Below are positions 61,071 to 64,000 of a stretch of 64,000 nt of DNA, piece after piece. The notes beneath the pieces were generated by a model. That model did no database searches. It saw only the letters and a program-made list of their open reading frames with translations, and was not told where the DNA came from. Made by a program: the position numbers and the translations under genes. Source of the DNA: Chrysomallon squamiferum (taxonomy: Eukaryota > Animalia > Mollusca); contig CM022673.1 in the NCBI GenBank assembly GCA_012295275.1, positions 30,132,001 to 30,196,000 on the forward strand, given 5' to 3'. The first letter of the stretch is position 1; every line of letters starts with the position of its first letter.

Positions 61071-62456
61071 GGTTAGGGTTAGGGTTAGGAGTTAGGGTTA
61101 GGGTTAGGGTTAGGGTTAGGAGTTAGGATTAGGGTTAGGAGTTAGGGTTAGGGTTAGGGTTAGGGTTAGGGTTAGGGTTAGGGTTAGGGTTAGGGTTAGG
61201 GTTAGGGTTAGGGTTAGGGTTAGGGTTAGGGTTAGGGTTAGGGTTAGGGTTAGGGTTAGGGTTAGGGTTAGGGTTAGGGTTAGGGGTTAGGGTTAGGGTT
61301 AAAGTTAGGGTTAGGGTTAGGGTTAGGGTTAGGTTTAGGGTTAGGAGTTTAGGGTTAGGGTTAGGGTTAAGAGTTAGGAGTTAAGGGTTAGGGTTAGGGT
61401 TAGGAGTTAGGAGTTAGGGAGTTAGGGTTAGGGTTAGGAGGGTTAGGGTTAGGGAGTTAGGAGTTAGGAGTTAGGAGTTAGGAAATTAGGAGTTAGGGGG
61501 TTAGGGTTAGGAGTTAGGAGTTAGGAGGGTTAGGAGTTAGGAGTTAGGGTTAGGGTTAGGGTTAGGGTTAGGAATTTAGGGTTAGGGAGTTAGGAGTTAG
61601 GAGTTAGGGGTTAGGTTAGGAGTTAGGGTTAGGGTTAGGGTTAGGAGGGTTAGTTTAAAGTTTAAGTTAGGAGTTAGGGTTTAGGAGTTAGGAGTTAGGG
61701 TTAGGGTTAGGAGTTAGGAGTTAGGAGTTAGGAGTTAGGGTTAGGGTTAGGAGTTAGGAGTTAGGAGTTAGGAGTTAGGAGTTAGGAGTTAGGAGTTAGG
61801 TTAAGTTAGGAGTTAGGAGTTAGGAGTTAGGAGTTAGGGTTAGGGTTAGGAGTTAGGAGTTAGGAGTTAGGAGTTAGGTTAGGAGTTAGTTAGGTTAGGG
61901 AGTTAGGAGTTAGGGAGTTAGGGTTAGGAGTTAGGAGTTAGGAGTGGAGTTAGGAGTTAGGAGTTAGGGTTAGGGGTTAGGGAGTTAGGAGTTAGGAGTT
62001 AGGAGTTAGGAGTTAGGAGTTAGGGTTAGGGTTAGGAGTTAGGGTTAGGAGTTAGGTTAGGAATTAAAATTAGGTTAAAAGTTAAAATTTAAATTAGGAG
62101 TTAGGAGTTAGGGTTAGGAGTTAGGAGTTAGGGTTAGGGTTAGGAGTTAGGGTTAGGTTAGGAGTTAGGGTTAGGAGTTAGGAGTTAGGAGTTAGGAGTT
62201 AGGAGTTAGGGTTAGGAGTTAGGAGTTAGGAGGAGTTAGGGTTAAAGTTAGGAGTTAGGAGTTAGGAGTTAGGATTAAAATTAGGAGTTAGGAGTTAGGA
62301 GTTAAAATTAGGAGTTAAAGTTAGGAGTTAGGAGTTAGGGGAGTTAGGGTTAGGAGTTAGGGTTAGTTAGGAGTTAGGAGTTAGGAGTTAGGAGTTAGGG
62401 TTAGGAGTTAGGAGTTAGGGAATTAGGAGTTAAAATTAAAATTAAAAGTTAGGAGT
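60141..62456 (+). repeat. Telomeric (TTAGGG)n array, G-strand pointing to the chromosome end, with increasing TTAGGAG variants distally
   Basis: Degenerate proximal units (TTGGGG, TGAGGG), then largely pure TTAGGG; TTAGGAG appears from ~60640 and dominates after ~61400. Confidence 0.97.
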
Positions 62457-64000
62457 TTAAAATTAAAATTAAAATTAAAATTAAAATTAAAATTAAAATT
62501 AAAATTAAAATTAAAATTAAAATTAAAATTAAAATTAAAATTAAAATTAAAATTAAAATTAAAATTAAAATTTAGGAGTTAAAATTAAATTAAAAATTAA
62601 AATTAAAATTAAAATTAAAATTAAAATTAAAAAAATTAAAATTAAAATTAAAATTAAAATTAAAATTAAAATTAAAATTAAAATTAAAATTAAAATTAAA
62701 ATTAAAATTAAAATTAAAATTAAAATTAAAATTAAAATTAAAATTAAAATTAAAATTAAAATTAAAATTAAAATTAAAATTAAAATTAAAATATTAAAAT
62801 TAAAATTAAAATTAAAATTAAAATTAAAATTAAAATTAAAATTAAAATTAAAATTAAAATTAAAATTAAAATTAAAATTAAAATTAAAATTAAAATTAAA
62901 ATTAAAATTAAAATTAAAATTAAAATTAAAATTAAAATTAAAATTAAAATTAAAATTAAAATTAAAAATTAAATTAAAATTAAAATTAAAATTAAAATTA
63001 AAATTAAAATTAAAATTAAAATTAAAATTAAAATTAAAATTAAAATTAAAATTAAAATTAAAATTAAAATTAAAATTAAAATTAAAATTAAAATTAAAAT
63101 TAAAATTAAAATTAAAATTAAAATTAAAATTAAAATTAAAATTAAAATTAAAATTAAAATTAAAATTAAAATTAAAATTAAAATTAAAATTAAAATTAAA
63201 ATTAAAATTAAAATTAAAATTAAAATTAAAATTAAAATTAAAATTAAAATTAAAATTAAAATTAAAATTAAAATTAAAATTAAAATTAAAATTAAAATTA
63301 AAATTAAAATTAAAATTAAAATTAAAATTAAAATTAAAATTAAAATTAAAATTAAAATTAAAATTAAAATTAAAATTAAAATTAAAATTAAAATTAAAAT
63401 TAAAATTAAAATTAAAATTAAAATTAAAATTAAAATTAAAATTAAAATTAAAATTAAAATTAAAATTAAAATTAAAATTAAAATTAAAATTAAAATTAAA
63501 ATTAAAATTAAAATTAAAATTAAAATTAAAATTAAAATTAAAATTAAAATTAAAATTAAAATTAAAATTAAAATTAAAATTAAAATTAAAATTAAAATTA
63601 AAATTAAAATTAAAAATTAAAATTAAAATTAAAAAATTAAAATTAAAATTAAAATTAAAATTAAAATTAAAATTAAAATTAAAATTAAAATTAAAATTAA
63701 AATTAAAATTAAAATTAAAATTAAAATTAAAATTAAAATTAAAATTAAAATTAAAATTAAAATTAAAATTAAAATTTAAAATTAAAATTAAAATTAAAAT
63801 TAAAATTAAAATTAAAATTAAAATTAAAATTAAAATTAAAATTAAAATTAAAATTAAAATTAAAATTAAAATTAAAATTAAAATTAAAAATTAAAATTAA
63901 AAATTAAAATTAAAATTAAAATTAAAATTAAAATTAAAATTAAAATTAAAATTAAAATTAAAATTTAAAATTAAAATTAAAATTAAAATTAAAATTAAAA
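62457..64000 (+). repeat. (TTAAAA)n tract, probably miscalled telomeric repeat
   Basis: Hexamer continuing the TTAGGG array to the window end; TTAGGG-to-TTAAAA is a known nanopore basecalling error. Confidence 0.9.

Overview
AT-rich, microsatellite-dense animal DNA (lophotrochozoan/mollusc-like; taxon is inference) at a chromosome end. 2.0-20.5 kb (+): a spliced class B1 (secretin-family) peptide GPCR whose motifs most resemble PDF receptors. Ten in-phase exons can be read, and I found no 5' exons in the window. It also has a candidate 42-nt ICL3 cassette exon and several candidate C-terminal exons. 33-60 kb (+): a subtelomeric cluster of hedgehog-related Hog (Hint + sterol-recognition-like) genes. 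One is intact: 6 exons, 264 aa, made of a signal peptide, a 54-aa 10-cysteine mini-domain and a G|CF Hog domain. Four remnants of paralogs flank it, and the last stops before its final exon just ahead of the telomere. Two FLYWCH-MULE transposon relics, a LINE RT fragment and a probable Tc1 fragment are interspersed. A ~340-bp GC-rich, hairpin-rich segment precedes a (TTAGGG)n telomere. The distal TTAAAA tract, and probably the TTAGGAG variants, are most likely nanopore basecalling artefacts. Most ORF-track entries are microsatellite read-throughs.
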